A program made the translations under genes and the position numbers. Shown here piece after piece: positions 19,101 through 28,433 of a stretch of 48,399 nt of DNA. Under the pieces are notes generated by a model. That model worked only from the letters and a program-made list of their open reading frames with translations, was not told the origin of the DNA and searched no databases. How positions within the stretch are numbered: the stretch's first letter is position 1; every line of letters begins with the position of its first letter. The stretch lies in assembly GCA_038046005.1 (NCBI GenBank), contig JBBSXB010000004.1:1-48399 (forward strand). Direction: 5' to 3'. Source of the DNA: Nanobdellota archaeon (GTDB lineage: Archaea; Nanobdellota; Nanobdellia; Pacearchaeales; GW2011-AR1).

Positions 19101-19553
19101 AGCAAACTTGTTTATGGAAACAACACTGTCAGAGTCAGGCTCGGAGTTGGCTCCCAAGCTTTCAGCAGTGGCGATGGTTCAATATACGACAAAATCATTT
19201 ACACCCTCGTTAAAAATGTTTCGTCATATTCACCAATTCTTTCTTCAGCACAAGGATGTTTGTGGGAGATAGAATTTGAGGATTCAACAGTTTCCACAAT
19301 AAATGCTCCCCAAAATTATTCCGGATCAAACAGATGCTACTATAATTCATCAATTTCAGGCAATCATGCACAATTCAATCCTAACGACGCTGTTAACTAT
19401 GCAGTTTATCTTTTGCTTGTGCAGATTGACCTTAATTTAAACGGAAAGATAGAATCAAAAATAACTGAGCAGGATTTGGCTGTCGATTCAAACACTATTT
19501 CTGGAATTCCTTTTGCCTGGGAGACAGAAGTGCAGTCCAGAGTGTGGTACTAA
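16182..19553 (+). CDS. Large pilus-associated adhesin with vWA and LamG domains
   Basis: RKG/YFFSAD signal; MIDAS DLSGS..T..MTDG; LamG motifs (WYHIALTWD..KIYVNG..GSMDEIRMYN); many N-x-S/T sequons. Confidence 0.85.
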   Translation: MIMGKSARFRKGKFLIKNRKGYFFSADAFIALLLILGVVLFIKPVQKNTHFESNIDADLINVLSDLKIGDINNVYVKQLIASGNITNINQSVLDQIGEFYAQSSPLAGLLAQNILDNLSIQENIALYLDNQLIASKSSVPYSNASKIFTSRQIISGINNASGAATGYSSKAYLSSKSFTEYSYFGGYIGDGNLSSTIYRDASQGILGVSMEGAFSGNFSVSINNNFISYYTPTSNVPFKIDLTPFISYLNDPAIFYNNITFRSSNGSNLYIAGGYIKTVYDKSFPLPGSINYIPGVKGLINIYSSFYIPGALSALNVYLKYNSSYDVFMTIGNKEIYRGNSSGSPTTVFIDNSVLSTLLNYTNLSKKTIPFRIGLDNVSYTNNQTTNVDAISVSDLSGSMGGNPMTQSKQANIALINGILNSSGNKIGLVGFEDTARITDFHNISNYTNSLQVVVNNSWDAAGHTCICCGINKAVAEFLGDRLIDYYTLNGDSLDKSGYSHTANLINGPTYASGINGSALSFNGNNQYLNAFGVPEVTEGGTISFWFKLNRPFNSSVTTTQGLWSKYVDSSNNAFIALKGTDMLNPPSPGARGSIQAKIEGPYQSGTHNTVYVSTAMTSWQNNTWYHIALTWDETGLKIYVNGFLNGSTATSAGIGYTSGDNYFGRSRVPNEDMNNPRDKYLNGSMDEIRMYNYALNQTSIRGLVVNPAVCGNNVTEVGEVCEVNVSRRCSISGKMGIQFCNNQCSGFDVCMQESNNRFRTMIVMTDGVANRNCPLQGVTPDLNGNGVSDDLGGDDAVQAACDAFNNYSIRTYSVAFGSGADTNTTNAIASCGMGNAYVGDVNNIISIYTNISQQIIQAAYSEQTVVGVGNISTELYPDSYIVASYNYAVPSGLLITSETPIFGNNVSNGTLYIPNDTQIYSARVVSYSGSKWTSVVDIYNSTSGAYDKVFDLSDYNSSFISLGDPYAIDIPPSKLVYGNNTVRVRLGVGSQAFSSGDGSIYDKIIYTLVKNVSSYSPILSSAQGCLWEIEFEDSTVSTINAPQNYSGSNRCYYNSSISGNHAQFNPNDAVNYAVYLLLVQIDLNLNGKIESKITEQDLAVDSNTISGIPFAWETEVQSRVWY

Positions 19554-19569
19554 AATAAAGAATAAAAAA

Positions 19570-20523
19570 ATGTTAAACCCAAAAATCATTGGCCAGCGCA
19601 AAGCGCAAATGTTTACAATCACAGCAATTTTGTTAATTGCCTTGGTGTTTGCCAGCTTCGAGATATTTTCCATACTCCATGAAAGAGCAGCAATAAAAGA
19701 AAGGGTCCACTCTATGGACAATTTTTTAAAATCCTTAGAAAAAAACATGCAGAGACAAATGTACATCTCAGGATACAGAATCTTGTTTTTGGCAAATCAG
19801 GAGACAGCCACTAAATTAACATACATAAATAATTTTAACAGTTTTAGCCAGGAAGCCTTTTTTAATGGAAGCGTTGACGGTATCCCAAGCAATATCACGA
19901 TAGGCACAACATACGCTGACGTTATAAATTCCATAAATCAAAAAGCTGCCAAGATAAATGTGAATGTAGTCCTTAATAACACTGTCTTTAGTATAACACA
20001 AAATGACCCGTGGAATGTTAGGGTTAGCATGGTCTCTGATTTTGTAATGACTGATGTGCAAGGACTTGCTCTTTGGAATAAAAAACAAAACATTTCGGTT
20101 TTAATACTCGTAGACAATTTTGAAGACCCTCTTTTTGCAGTTGGCAGCGGCGGAAAAATAACAAGAAAAATAAAACAGACAATCTATGAAGGGAATTACG
20201 TCACTGGAAGCAATTCTTCAAATTTTACAAATCATTTTATAAAAGGATATTATGCAAGTAATCCTAGCGCCCCAAGTTTCTTGATGAGGCTTGAAGGAAA
20301 TTTTTCTGCAAATCCTAACGGCATTGAAAGCTTTGTGATAAAGGAAGCTTTGATACAGCAAGGAGTAAGTGTAGATACTTACAAAGATTCATTAGATTAT
20401 ATTTATTTTGACCCTTCCAACAATCCTTACAAATGCTATCCTACCACTCCTCCAGAAAGTTATTTCAGAATAGATCTTCAACACCTAGCAAAGTATAACT
20501 TGACTAGTCTGTATTGTTCATAA
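19570..20523 (+). CDS. Pilin-like surface protein
   Basis: RKA/QMFT class III-like signal; ATG 19570 is in frame with the track ORF. Confidence 0.8.
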   Translation: MLNPKIIGQRKAQMFTITAILLIALVFASFEIFSILHERAAIKERVHSMDNFLKSLEKNMQRQMYISGYRILFLANQETATKLTYINNFNSFSQEAFFNGSVDGIPSNITIGTTYADVINSINQKAAKINVNVVLNNTVFSITQNDPWNVRVSMVSDFVMTDVQGLALWNKKQNISVLILVDNFEDPLFAVGSGGKITRKIKQTIYEGNYVTGSNSSNFTNHFIKGYYASNPSAPSFLMRLEGNFSANPNGIESFVIKEALIQQGVSVDTYKDSLDYIYFDPSNNPYKCYPTTPPESYFRIDLQHLAKYNLTSLYCS

Positions 20524-20686
20524 ATCTGTCACGCCATCTTTATCCCTCCTTATCCATAAAACTCTAGAAAAAGAAAGATAATAAAACTAATTTTTATGTT
20601 TTCCACTAATTCGAGAAAAAGAAATATTTAAATACTAAAATTCCATAAATGTAACATAGTTGATAATTAAATAAAAGGAGGTTGAT

Positions 20687-21175
20687 ATGAAAAAAACAAA
20701 CGAGGTATTGTCTAAGGCTGATAAGAAAGGTCAAGCAGCTATGGAATTTCTGATGACATATGGTTGGGCTATTTTAGCTGCAGTAATTGTTGTCGGAGTT
20801 TTATGGTATTTGATTGGTAATCCCGCAAATCTTGCAGGAGATAGATTCCAGTTAAGCGCACCTTTGGTCGCTAATGCAATGTCTTTAACAAGCTTGCCTG
20901 TCGGTACTGGAAGCGTTACGATTGAATTTAGAAATGGTCAAAGTCAAACAATTACTGTGACAAGTATTGATTTTCCAGACAAATCAATTTGTAGCAATAG
21001 TTCAATGAGCGTGCCTATAGCTGCGGGAAATTTAACATCTTTCACACTTGGTTGCGTTTCTCCAGGTTTATTGACTGGTGACAGGTTTAACTCTGGTGTG
21101 ACTATAAAATACACTGTATCAGGAAGTAGCGTAACACAACAGTCAACTGGATCAATATCTGGTAAAATTCCTTAA
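20687..21175 (+). CDS. Probable major type IV pilin
   Basis: KKG/QAAMEFLMTYGWAIL; strong SD (AAGGAGGT); own TATA box; T-rich 3' tract. Confidence 0.9.
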   Translation: MKKTNEVLSKADKKGQAAMEFLMTYGWAILAAVIVVGVLWYLIGNPANLAGDRFQLSAPLVANAMSLTSLPVGTGSVTIEFRNGQSQTITVTSIDFPDKSICSNSSMSVPIAAGNLTSFTLGCVSPGLLTGDRFNSGVTIKYTVSGSSVTQQSTGSISGKIP

Positions 21176-21284
21176 TTTTTTATTTTTATTTTATATTCTA
21201 ATTCTAAGTTTTTTTATTTAATGGGAATTCTGATTAGTTTTCCAAAAGCAAGATTTAAAAGTCTTATAAAATTTTAGTTATATT

Positions 21285-21477
21285 GGCCTATTAGTCTAAT
21301 GGTAGAACATCTCGTTTACACGCGAGGACACCTAACGGTTTCCTTCGCTTAACCTTCCCTTGAGAGAGTTGTTCAACGCGGAGTTCAAAATGACCGCATA
21401 CAACCCTGTATTAAGGAAGCGCTAAAGCGAAATCGCTAAAAGCCGAGAAGGCGGAGGTCCGATTCCTCCATGGGCCA
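21285..21477 (+). tRNA. tRNA-Val(TAC) with 122-nt intron (21321..21442) at position 37/38
   Basis: Acceptor GGCCTAT/ATGGGCC; anticodon stem TCTCG/CGAGA; T arm GGAGG/CCTCC. Strict BHB: TTTA/TAAA central helix, bulges CA|C and AG|C, outer helix GCGA/TCGC. Confidence 0.92.
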
Positions 21478-21487
21478 TAGTTAATCA

Positions 21488-21829
21488 ATGAAAAAAGAAG
21501 CATTTCAGAAAAGGTGGTATTATCGATTGCTTCAAATAATCTTTTTGGGCTTTTTTATATTCTTTATAATTGTAGGTTTTCGAGGTATTTTCTACGGAGA
21601 GGGTGAGCCATTTGTTGGGTTCATCCTTGCAGGCATTTTAGCTATCGTGTACTGGCTAATCATGAGAAATAAAGGTTTGATAGGTGGTTTCGTTTTTGGT
21701 GTGATATTTGGCCTTCTTTTATTATTTGTAATATCTAAACTTAATCCGGGAGACGAAATAGCTGGGATAGTGATATTTACCCTATTAATAAGTGGATTAT
21801 TTTTTGCTTTCATAGGATATTTAATTTAA
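21488..21829 (+). CDS. Small membrane protein
   Basis: Four hydrophobic segments. Confidence 0.65.
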   Translation: MKKEAFQKRWYYRLLQIIFLGFFIFFIIVGFRGIFYGEGEPFVGFILAGILAIVYWLIMRNKGLIGGFVFGVIFGLLLLFVISKLNPGDEIAGIVIFTLLISGLFFAFIGYLI

Positions 21830-21856
21830 AATAACTTTACAAAGAAGAAAAAGAAA

Positions 21857-22138
21857 ATGAAAAAGTACACATGGAGAAATTGCATAGAATATCTTAAAGA
21901 TAATCCTAATGGATATTGGTTTAAAAGAAAACTTTACGGTTGGGGATGGGTTCCCGTAAAATGGCAAGGATGGCTCGTAGTTCTTTTAGCCACATCTATT
22001 TTCATCGCTAGTATTTATGTCGGAGAAGTTGATGATGCTCCTGGTGCTGTGGTGATGGGATTTTTGTTGATGCTTGCGATCATATTTTTCTTCGGTTATT
22101 GGAAAGGCGAGAAACCTAAATGGAGTTGGGGAAAATAA
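21857..22138 (+). CDS. Small Trp-rich membrane protein
   Basis: WFKRKLYGWGWVPVKWQGW motif plus two TM helices. Confidence 0.75.
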   Translation: MKKYTWRNCIEYLKDNPNGYWFKRKLYGWGWVPVKWQGWLVVLLATSIFIASIYVGEVDDAPGAVVMGFLLMLAIIFFFGYWKGEKPKWSWGK

Positions 22139-22169
22139 GATATTTAAACTTTGAATTATTCTTATTGAT

Positions 22170-22370
22170 ATGAAAAACAATGACAAAAAAATCAAGTGTC
22201 ATTCTTACCACCAAGGCGCTGGCGCAATTTATGGCCTTGGATTTATCGGAGCTGTTGTCTATTATGTTTCTCAGGCAACAAGTTTCTGGGGCGGGGTTTT
22301 AGGAATATTAAAGGCCATTCTCTGGCCAGGATTTCTAGTTTATGAATTGCTTAAGTTTTTAGGAGCGTAA
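22170..22370 (+). CDS. Small membrane protein
   Basis: IYGLGFIGA..SFWGGVLGILKAILWP; TATA box upstream. Confidence 0.75.
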   Translation: MKNNDKKIKCHSYHQGAGAIYGLGFIGAVVYYVSQATSFWGGVLGILKAILWPGFLVYELLKFLGA

Positions 22371-22440
22371 AAACATAGTCAGGTTTTATTCATCACTTTG
22401 AATTAGTAAAGTTTAAAAGGATATCGAGGCTTTTTTTAAC

Positions 22441-24258
22441 ATGTCTGACGAAAAGCCTGGAAAGAAGGAAGAACATGAAGCGCTTGAAACACAATTAGAC
22501 AAGAAATATTCTGAAAAAAATCCTGCACTGCCTGAAAATACTGACAAAATTCAGAAAGAAATGGAGAAGACAAAAAAAGAGCTCGAAAAATTAAAGGTTT
22601 CCATTACAAAAAAATATCCATTCACACAATCTATCAGTATTTTACCTCCACAATCAATAAAGTTTTTTATTGAAGAAGAGGAAGTCCCTAAAGAGACAGA
22701 GAAATATCTGCAATTGTATATGATTGTTCCTGAAGAAAAATTTAAAGAAATAAGTAAAATCAAGACAGACGTTGTCAAGATGATAACGCCTATACAGGAA
22801 AAATTAAAAGAAAAAGTCTGGCTTCAGATTAAAACTCCTGTTGATATTTGGGAAATATGCTTTGATTCTAAATTTGAGTTAATCAGTGCAGTTGCCTTGT
22901 CTATTCCAATTTATGACAAAGGGATTTTGGCAGGATTAAGAGTTGCTGAGATCCACAAATCAATGGTTTTGCAGAAATTCGAGAAATATGTTGTTAGTTA
23001 TGTTTTGGGTGGAAGTTTTGTTAGAGGAGACACCTTGAAGACTTCTGACGTCGATGTTTTTATTATAATAAACGATACTGATGTTAAAAGAATGCCGAGA
23101 CTCGAATTGAAAGAAAGACTTAGAGGGATAATTTATGAGTATATATCCAAGGCTTCTGCGCTTGCTGGTGTGAAATCAAACATGCTCAATGTCCAGATTT
23201 ATCTTCTGACTGATTTTTGGGAGAGTGTCAAAGATGCGCATCCGGTTATTTTCACTTTTATAAGAGATGGTGTTCCAATCTACGACAGGCATACATTCAT
23301 GCCTTGGAAAGCTCTTTTGAAGATGGGAAAGCTAAAGCCTTCTCCAGAGGCAATTGACATGTTTATGTCAATGGGAGACAATTCTGTCAAAAGAGCCAAA
23401 AAAACTTTTTTAGACATTTTATTGCAGGATATTTATTGGAGTGTTATAACTCCGAGCCAAGCTTTGTTAATGTTGTACGGGTTGCCACCTCCGAACACAA
23501 AAGAAACTTTCAAAGAAATGAAAAGAATTTTTGTTGACAAGGAAAAAATGTTAGAGCCAAGGTTTATTAAAATTTTAGAGGAGATAACAATAAAATACTA
23601 CAAAGGTTATGAACACGAAAAAATTAAAGAAGTTAGCGGCACAGAGTTGGATAGGCTATTGAAAGGCACTGAAGATTATCTTAAAAGACTTAAAGAGTTG
23701 AGAGAACAAATTGAAAAACATTCTCAAGAAAGAATAATTGACCAGCTTTACAAAGATGTTTTTGATTTGCTTAAAATAATTACAGGAAAAACCTCACAAG
23801 ACGCAATTGTTGAGGAATTTGAGAAGAGTTTTGTCAAAAAAGGAAAATTCAATTCACAACATTTGAGGATTTTAAATGAAATTGTAGATGTGAAGGCTGA
23901 ATCAAAGAAAACAAAACTAACAATACATAAGTCTGATGACGCAAGGAAGAACTCAAGCATACTCCTTAGGGATTTGATGGAATATACCCAAAGAATAGAA
24001 CTAGCCTCTTTTGAAAGAGGAAGAATGCTTCTTAAATACAGCAAGGGAGAAATTGCAGAGCTTGTCAGCGCATCTGACAAGAGTTTCTTAGTTCAGGGAA
24101 GCATAATAAAAGAGATTGGAGAAAAGATTGTTGTTTCAAACATGGAAGCTTTGTCAAAGGCTTTGCAGGAGCAAAAAGACAAGAAGAATATATCGATAAA
24201 CCCAAAGGTTTTTGACCTTCTTAGAAAAGAGCTTGGTGAGTTTGAGATTTTGGTTTAG
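22441..24258 (+). CDS. Pol-beta-family nucleotidyltransferase-domain protein with HEPN-like helical region
   Basis: GGSFVRGD...SDVDVFIIIND; paralogous to 29907..30800. Confidence 0.85.
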   Translation: MSDEKPGKKEEHEALETQLDKKYSEKNPALPENTDKIQKEMEKTKKELEKLKVSITKKYPFTQSISILPPQSIKFFIEEEEVPKETEKYLQLYMIVPEEKFKEISKIKTDVVKMITPIQEKLKEKVWLQIKTPVDIWEICFDSKFELISAVALSIPIYDKGILAGLRVAEIHKSMVLQKFEKYVVSYVLGGSFVRGDTLKTSDVDVFIIINDTDVKRMPRLELKERLRGIIYEYISKASALAGVKSNMLNVQIYLLTDFWESVKDAHPVIFTFIRDGVPIYDRHTFMPWKALLKMGKLKPSPEAIDMFMSMGDNSVKRAKKTFLDILLQDIYWSVITPSQALLMLYGLPPPNTKETFKEMKRIFVDKEKMLEPRFIKILEEITIKYYKGYEHEKIKEVSGTELDRLLKGTEDYLKRLKELREQIEKHSQERIIDQLYKDVFDLLKIITGKTSQDAIVEEFEKSFVKKGKFNSQHLRILNEIVDVKAESKKTKLTIHKSDDARKNSSILLRDLMEYTQRIELASFERGRMLLKYSKGEIAELVSASDKSFLVQGSIIKEIGEKIVVSNMEALSKALQEQKDKKNISINPKVFDLLRKELGEFEILV

Positions 24259-24292
24259 TTAAGTTTTTAAATCAGAATTTTTTCTCTGGTAA

Positions 24293-24559
24293 ATGCATTG
24301 GTATAAAATAGTATGCAAGGAATGTCACCAGGGTGCTGGCAATAGGCAGACTCAAGAATTATATGCTTTTTCTCCAGATGTAATTGGAGCAATTAAAAAA
24401 TACAGACATACTGGCGGAGTACCCCACAATAGAATTCCTGAGATTAGACCTTTAAATGAAGAGGAAAGTTCTTTTTTAGAGGGTAAATTAATAGAAGCTG
24501 GCAGAAATTTAGGTAAAACAAAAAGTAAAAGAAGTGCGTTAAAAATTGACCTCCAATAA
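24293..24559 (+). CDS. Hypothetical protein
   Basis: 88-aa ORF with TATA-like upstream sequence. Confidence 0.6.
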   Translation: MHWYKIVCKECHQGAGNRQTQELYAFSPDVIGAIKKYRHTGGVPHNRIPEIRPLNEEESSFLEGKLIEAGRNLGKTKSKRSALKIDLQ

Positions 24560-24589
24560 TTCTAAAAACCTTTTTTTCTTGTTCTATTC

Positions 24590-25684
24590 ATGCAATACAT
24601 ATTCATTCTGGGAAGAAACCCTGAATTATCAAAGGAAGAAGTTTTTTGTTATTTGAAAAAAGAAGAATTTAAAGTCTTGAGTTCAGGAGATTTTGAGAGT
24701 GCAGTACTTGTTGATATTGACAAGGAACTTGAAGCGAAAGCTATTGATAAGCTTGGAGGAATTATTGGAATTGGGAAAGTTTTGTGCAAAATTAATGTTA
24801 AAGAACTTGAAGCTAAAAAAATTTATTACGGCACTGAAAATAAAATAATTTATGTCATATGGAATTTTGCAAAAAACAATTCTTACAATAAAGTTTCAGA
24901 TTATCTGAAAAAAAGGTTTAAAGAGGAGAAACTCAAAGCTTCTGAAAAACCATTGACTGGATATTTGGAACTGCAGGACGGAAATCATGTTAAAATATCT
25001 TCAGGATTGATTGATGAAGAATATTTTGTAACGGATGATTATTTTGGAAAGATTATAGAAAGGTCTGACTACAAAAATTTGGAAGAAAGGGACATGAAAA
25101 AACCGGAAAGAAGAGAATCTTTAGCAATTTCTCCTAGGTTAGCAAAAATTATGATAAACCTTTCTATGACAAAAAAGGGTGAAACTCTTTTGGATCCATT
25201 TTGCGGGATTGGAGTCATTCTTCAAGAAGCTTTATTGCAGGGAATGAATGTTGTTGGAGTCGACAAAGACGAACGAGCAATTTCTGGAGCCAGAAAAAAC
25301 TTGGAGTGGAAAAGATTCAATAAAGAAGATTATAAATTAATAAATGATGATTCAAGCAGGCTTGGACAAGCGAGGGCACAAGCAATTGCAACAGAGCCTG
25401 AGCTTGGAGAAAAATTCAAGAGTTTACCGTCGAATGAACAAATAAATAATATTATCAATAATTATGAAAAACTTATGTTTAGAGTTTTAAGCAATTTGAA
25501 AAACAAGGTTTCTGGGAGAATTGTTTTTACAGCTCCGTTGGTAAAAGATCACAGAAAAAACAGGAAAGGGTGTGACATTACAACAATAGCTCAAAGATTA
25601 AATCTGAGGATAGTAAAAAATTTCCCGGAATTCAGGGAAAACCAGATAATTGGAAGGGAAATTTTTATTTTGGCAAAAGCTTAA
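24590..25684 (+). CDS. SAM-dependent RNA methyltransferase, Trm11/TrmG10-like
   Basis: AISPRLAKIMINL, LLDPFCGIG and ATEP motifs. Confidence 0.8.
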   Translation: MQYIFILGRNPELSKEEVFCYLKKEEFKVLSSGDFESAVLVDIDKELEAKAIDKLGGIIGIGKVLCKINVKELEAKKIYYGTENKIIYVIWNFAKNNSYNKVSDYLKKRFKEEKLKASEKPLTGYLELQDGNHVKISSGLIDEEYFVTDDYFGKIIERSDYKNLEERDMKKPERRESLAISPRLAKIMINLSMTKKGETLLDPFCGIGVILQEALLQGMNVVGVDKDERAISGARKNLEWKRFNKEDYKLINDDSSRLGQARAQAIATEPELGEKFKSLPSNEQINNIINNYEKLMFRVLSNLKNKVSGRIVFTAPLVKDHRKNRKGCDITTIAQRLNLRIVKNFPEFRENQIIGREIFILAKA

Positions 25685-25708
25685 AAATAGGAATTCTTAA
25701 AGTTGGAT

Positions 25709-26128
25709 ATGACAGAAATACAAGATAGCTTGTTATATATGGATAGGTATTTGAATCAGCAGTCAGGCAGCGAAGAACAAAGAGCAGTAGCAGAGGCTCT
25801 TACTGGCAAAAATGGGACTTATGAAGAAATGGAATATGGGAGTGAACGTTTTAGGAATGAAATGATTCATTTATTTATGAAGGCTTTACCAACTAGCATA
25901 GATTGTATAAGGTTTGATCCAGATTTTAAAAAGATTGAAAATAGCGATTTAGTTGGAATATTAAATAAGATTGACTTAACAAGTATTATTCATGTTGGTG
26001 GCAAAATTCAGCAAATTAGTCCAGAAGCATGGTTGAAAGGTGAAAGAGGAAATCTTTCTGAAGAATATACAAAACTGGTTTCAAATTATCAGCGATTTAG
26101 AAAAGAATTAACAGCAAAATTATCTTAG
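25709..26128 (+). CDS. Hypothetical protein
   Basis: ORF filling the gap; start uncertain (TTG 25703 or ATG 25709). Confidence 0.6.
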   Translation: MTEIQDSLLYMDRYLNQQSGSEEQRAVAEALTGKNGTYEEMEYGSERFRNEMIHLFMKALPTSIDCIRFDPDFKKIENSDLVGILNKIDLTSIIHVGGKIQQISPEAWLKGERGNLSEEYTKLVSNYQRFRKELTAKLS

Positions 26129-26167
26129 ACTACACAAATCTTAAAAATATAAAATTTATGAACAATT

Positions 26168-26440
26168 ATGGAATCTAGGGAAAGGCTGGAATTTGTTTAT
26201 AAAAACATCAAGGAAGCGCCTGATAACGGGCTAGTGGTTTTAGAGCTGGATGGAAATTTCTATGCTTTTTATGCGAAAGAAATTCGCAGAATTCGTTCAG
26301 GAGAGGATAATACAAAAAGAATAAAAAAAGCATACGATGTTGTAAGATATTTCCCTATAAGCGCCAGTGCTAGAATCAGACCAATAAAGCTTGATGAGAA
26401 AAAATTCAAAGAGCTCACGAACTTAATTTTAAAAATTTAA
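26168..26440 (+). CDS. Hypothetical protein
   Basis: 90-aa ORF. Confidence 0.6.
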   Translation: MESRERLEFVYKNIKEAPDNGLVVLELDGNFYAFYAKEIRRIRSGEDNTKRIKKAYDVVRYFPISASARIRPIKLDEKKFKELTNLILKI

Positions 26441-26509
26441 TTCTTCCAAACCTTTATAAAGGAATTTTCTTGTAAGTATTATATCTAAATTTATGTTTAC
26501 AAATATAAA

Positions 26510-26770
26510 ATGACTAAAGGAAAAGTAATTCAATTTCGAAGAGGAAGACATACCATTACTGAGAAGCATTTTCTTATAGAAGTTGATGGATTAAAAACAA
26601 GGAAAGAAGCTGAGAAACTTGTCGGCAAAGAAGTTGAATGGAAATCACCTGCAGGTAGAATAATCAAAGGAAAAATTTCTGGAGCTCATGGGAATAAAGG
26701 AGTTGTGAGGGCAATTTTCGAGAGAGGACTTCCAGGGCAAGCAATAACTACAGGAGTTGAAATAAAATGA
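26510..26770 (+). CDS. rpl35ae: 50S ribosomal protein L35Ae (eL33)
   Basis: FRRG..; GKI...HGNKGVVRAIFERGLPGQA. Confidence 0.92.
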   Translation: MTKGKVIQFRRGRHTITEKHFLIEVDGLKTRKEAEKLVGKEVEWKSPAGRIIKGKISGAHGNKGVVRAIFERGLPGQAITTGVEIK

Positions 26771-26997
26771 ACGGACAGGCAAAAAAGTTTAAGAGAATGC
26801 TAGAAGGAATGGTCGGTGGTAAGGTAACTCTTGTGATTGGTAAGGATGGTAAGACTAAGGTTGATGACATTTTAACCCCAGAATATAATACCCCCAATGG
26901 AAGAGATGGGCTTTACGTTGGAAATCATCAAGTTGCATTAAACAGAATAACAGGTATTGAAGGAAACACAGTTTATATGGAGGAAAGGGCAAAATGA
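26767..26997 (+). CDS. Hypothetical protein
   Basis: ATGA-coupled to rpl35ae. Confidence 0.6.
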   Translation: MNGQAKKFKRMLEGMVGGKVTLVIGKDGKTKVDDILTPEYNTPNGRDGLYVGNHQVALNRITGIEGNTVYMEERAK

Positions 26998-27105
26998 GCA
27001 CAATTTTGGATTACGTTGTAGATGATGGAGAGTGCAGTGTTGTTGTTGAGAATGGAGACCGAATCGAAATAGATTTGCCTAAGAACTCTAGACCTTACTC
27101 AGCAA

Positions 27106-27501
27106 ATGCTGGAGGAAAATATGATAAAAGAAGATAATCCTGATGTGAGAGAAATGCAAGACAAGATTGCAAAACTATCTGGAAAAACATTGGTTTTTGG
27201 GAATTATGATAATCAGGGGAATTTTGTTATAGCTCCACCTGATTTTGAAAGAACTAATTTTGATGAGCAATACAGATCAGACTCATATTTAATTGATGAA
27301 AACGGAATAGCAGACACATATAATTTTGAAAACAGTAAGATGTTACGTAGAATATTGCCCCCAATTGTTGGTGCACTCCCTTCTGTCTTGGACAGTTTTG
27401 AGAGAAAAAATATAGACTTAGCAGACATGAAATTCTTAAAAGTTAGATTAACACCTTTATTTTTAAGACCGCAAGTAAATGATTTTAGGACAAGAGTATA
27501 A
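27106..27501 (+). CDS. Hypothetical protein (start uncertain)
   Basis: 131-aa ORF; a 47-aa ORF at 26994..27137 overlaps its 5' end. Confidence 0.5.
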   Translation: MLEENMIKEDNPDVREMQDKIAKLSGKTLVFGNYDNQGNFVIAPPDFERTNFDEQYRSDSYLIDENGIADTYNFENSKMLRRILPPIVGALPSVLDSFERKNIDLADMKFLKVRLTPLFLRPQVNDFRTRV

Positions 27502-27836
27502 TGGATTTGGATATTCCACCTAGTTTTAAGAAATCAATTAGAATTTTGACAAGAATGGAAATAAGTGATTTAATAGCCAGCGGCAACATTAGGTTCATGG
27601 AAAAAACTGATCGGACTAAATTTCCAATAGAAATGCCTGCACCTAGACATTTAGATTTAAATCAAATTTATAATTTTGAATATGTTTTACTCGGAGAAAA
27701 CGGACAACCTCAGCTAAAAAATTCTTATTCTAATAGAAGATTAATTGAAGCTCCAGGAATAATATATAAAACGCAGTCTTTAACTAAAATAATGGGGAGA
27801 GACACTTTCAGATTAAAATTATTTTCACCTAACTAA
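27501..27836 (+). CDS. Hypothetical protein
   Basis: 111-aa ORF abutting both neighbours. Confidence 0.6.
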   Translation: MDLDIPPSFKKSIRILTRMEISDLIASGNIRFMEKTDRTKFPIEMPAPRHLDLNQIYNFEYVLLGENGQPQLKNSYSNRRLIEAPGIIYKTQSLTKIMGRDTFRLKLFSPN

Positions 27837-27837
27837 T

Positions 27838-28395
27838 ATGGCATTAAGAAAAGCAAATTCGTATTCAAAAAGAAGAGTTGTCCCTTATACTAGGGTGAGC
27901 AAGCAGAAAAACAAGGCATACATAAAGACGATCCCGCCGCAAAGCATAGTTAAATTCACAATGGGAAGCGAGCCATTTTTTAATGCTGGAAAATTCCCTC
28001 ATCAGCTTACGATTATTTCTGAGGAAAAAGCCCAAATAAGACATAACGCACTTGAAGCCTGTAGGCAGTATATTAATAAAAAGATGGATACGGAGCTGTT
28101 AGGGCAGTATCTTTTCAAAGTTATTCCATACCCACACCACATTCAAAGAGAGAATAAAATGCTTACGGGAGCTGGAGCGGATAGAATGCAGACAGGAATG
28201 CAGCTTTCATTCGGGAAGGCTGTCGGAAAATCTGCAATCGTAAAGCCTGGTTCAAGGATATTCTTTATAGCTGTTCCAAATCCAAAAGCAGTCCAATTTA
28301 CAAGAGAGATTTTAAGGGAGATAAAATCAAAACTTCCTTGCAGGATTAAAGTTCTTTATGAAGACCATTCTCCAAAAAAGGAAGAAGTGCTATAA
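27838..28395 (+). CDS. rpl10e: 50S ribosomal protein L10e/uL16
   Basis: QIRHNALEACR and RENKMLTGAGADRMQTGMQLSFGK. Confidence 0.97.
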   Translation: MALRKANSYSKRRVVPYTRVSKQKNKAYIKTIPPQSIVKFTMGSEPFFNAGKFPHQLTIISEEKAQIRHNALEACRQYINKKMDTELLGQYLFKVIPYPHHIQRENKMLTGAGADRMQTGMQLSFGKAVGKSAIVKPGSRIFFIAVPNPKAVQFTREILREIKSKLPCRIKVLYEDHSPKKEEVL

Positions 28396-28433
28396 CTTTA
28401 GTGTAGTAACAAAATAGAAAGATTTATAAATAT

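Noticed and set aside
8779-21175. Archaellum or circadian clock locus
   Set aside because: No archaellin operon accessory genes (arlF/arlG) or kaiB recognised. Two TadC-like genes and multiple pilins indicate a type IV pilus.
21321-21442. tRNA-Val insert as a group I intron
   Set aside because: Too short, the 5' exon ends in A rather than U, and a strict BHB motif explains the splicing.
26994-27501. Possible frameshifted single gene (26994..27137 plus 27106..27501)
   Set aside because: The overlap is suggestive, but without a homolog I cannot tell a split gene from two small ORFs.
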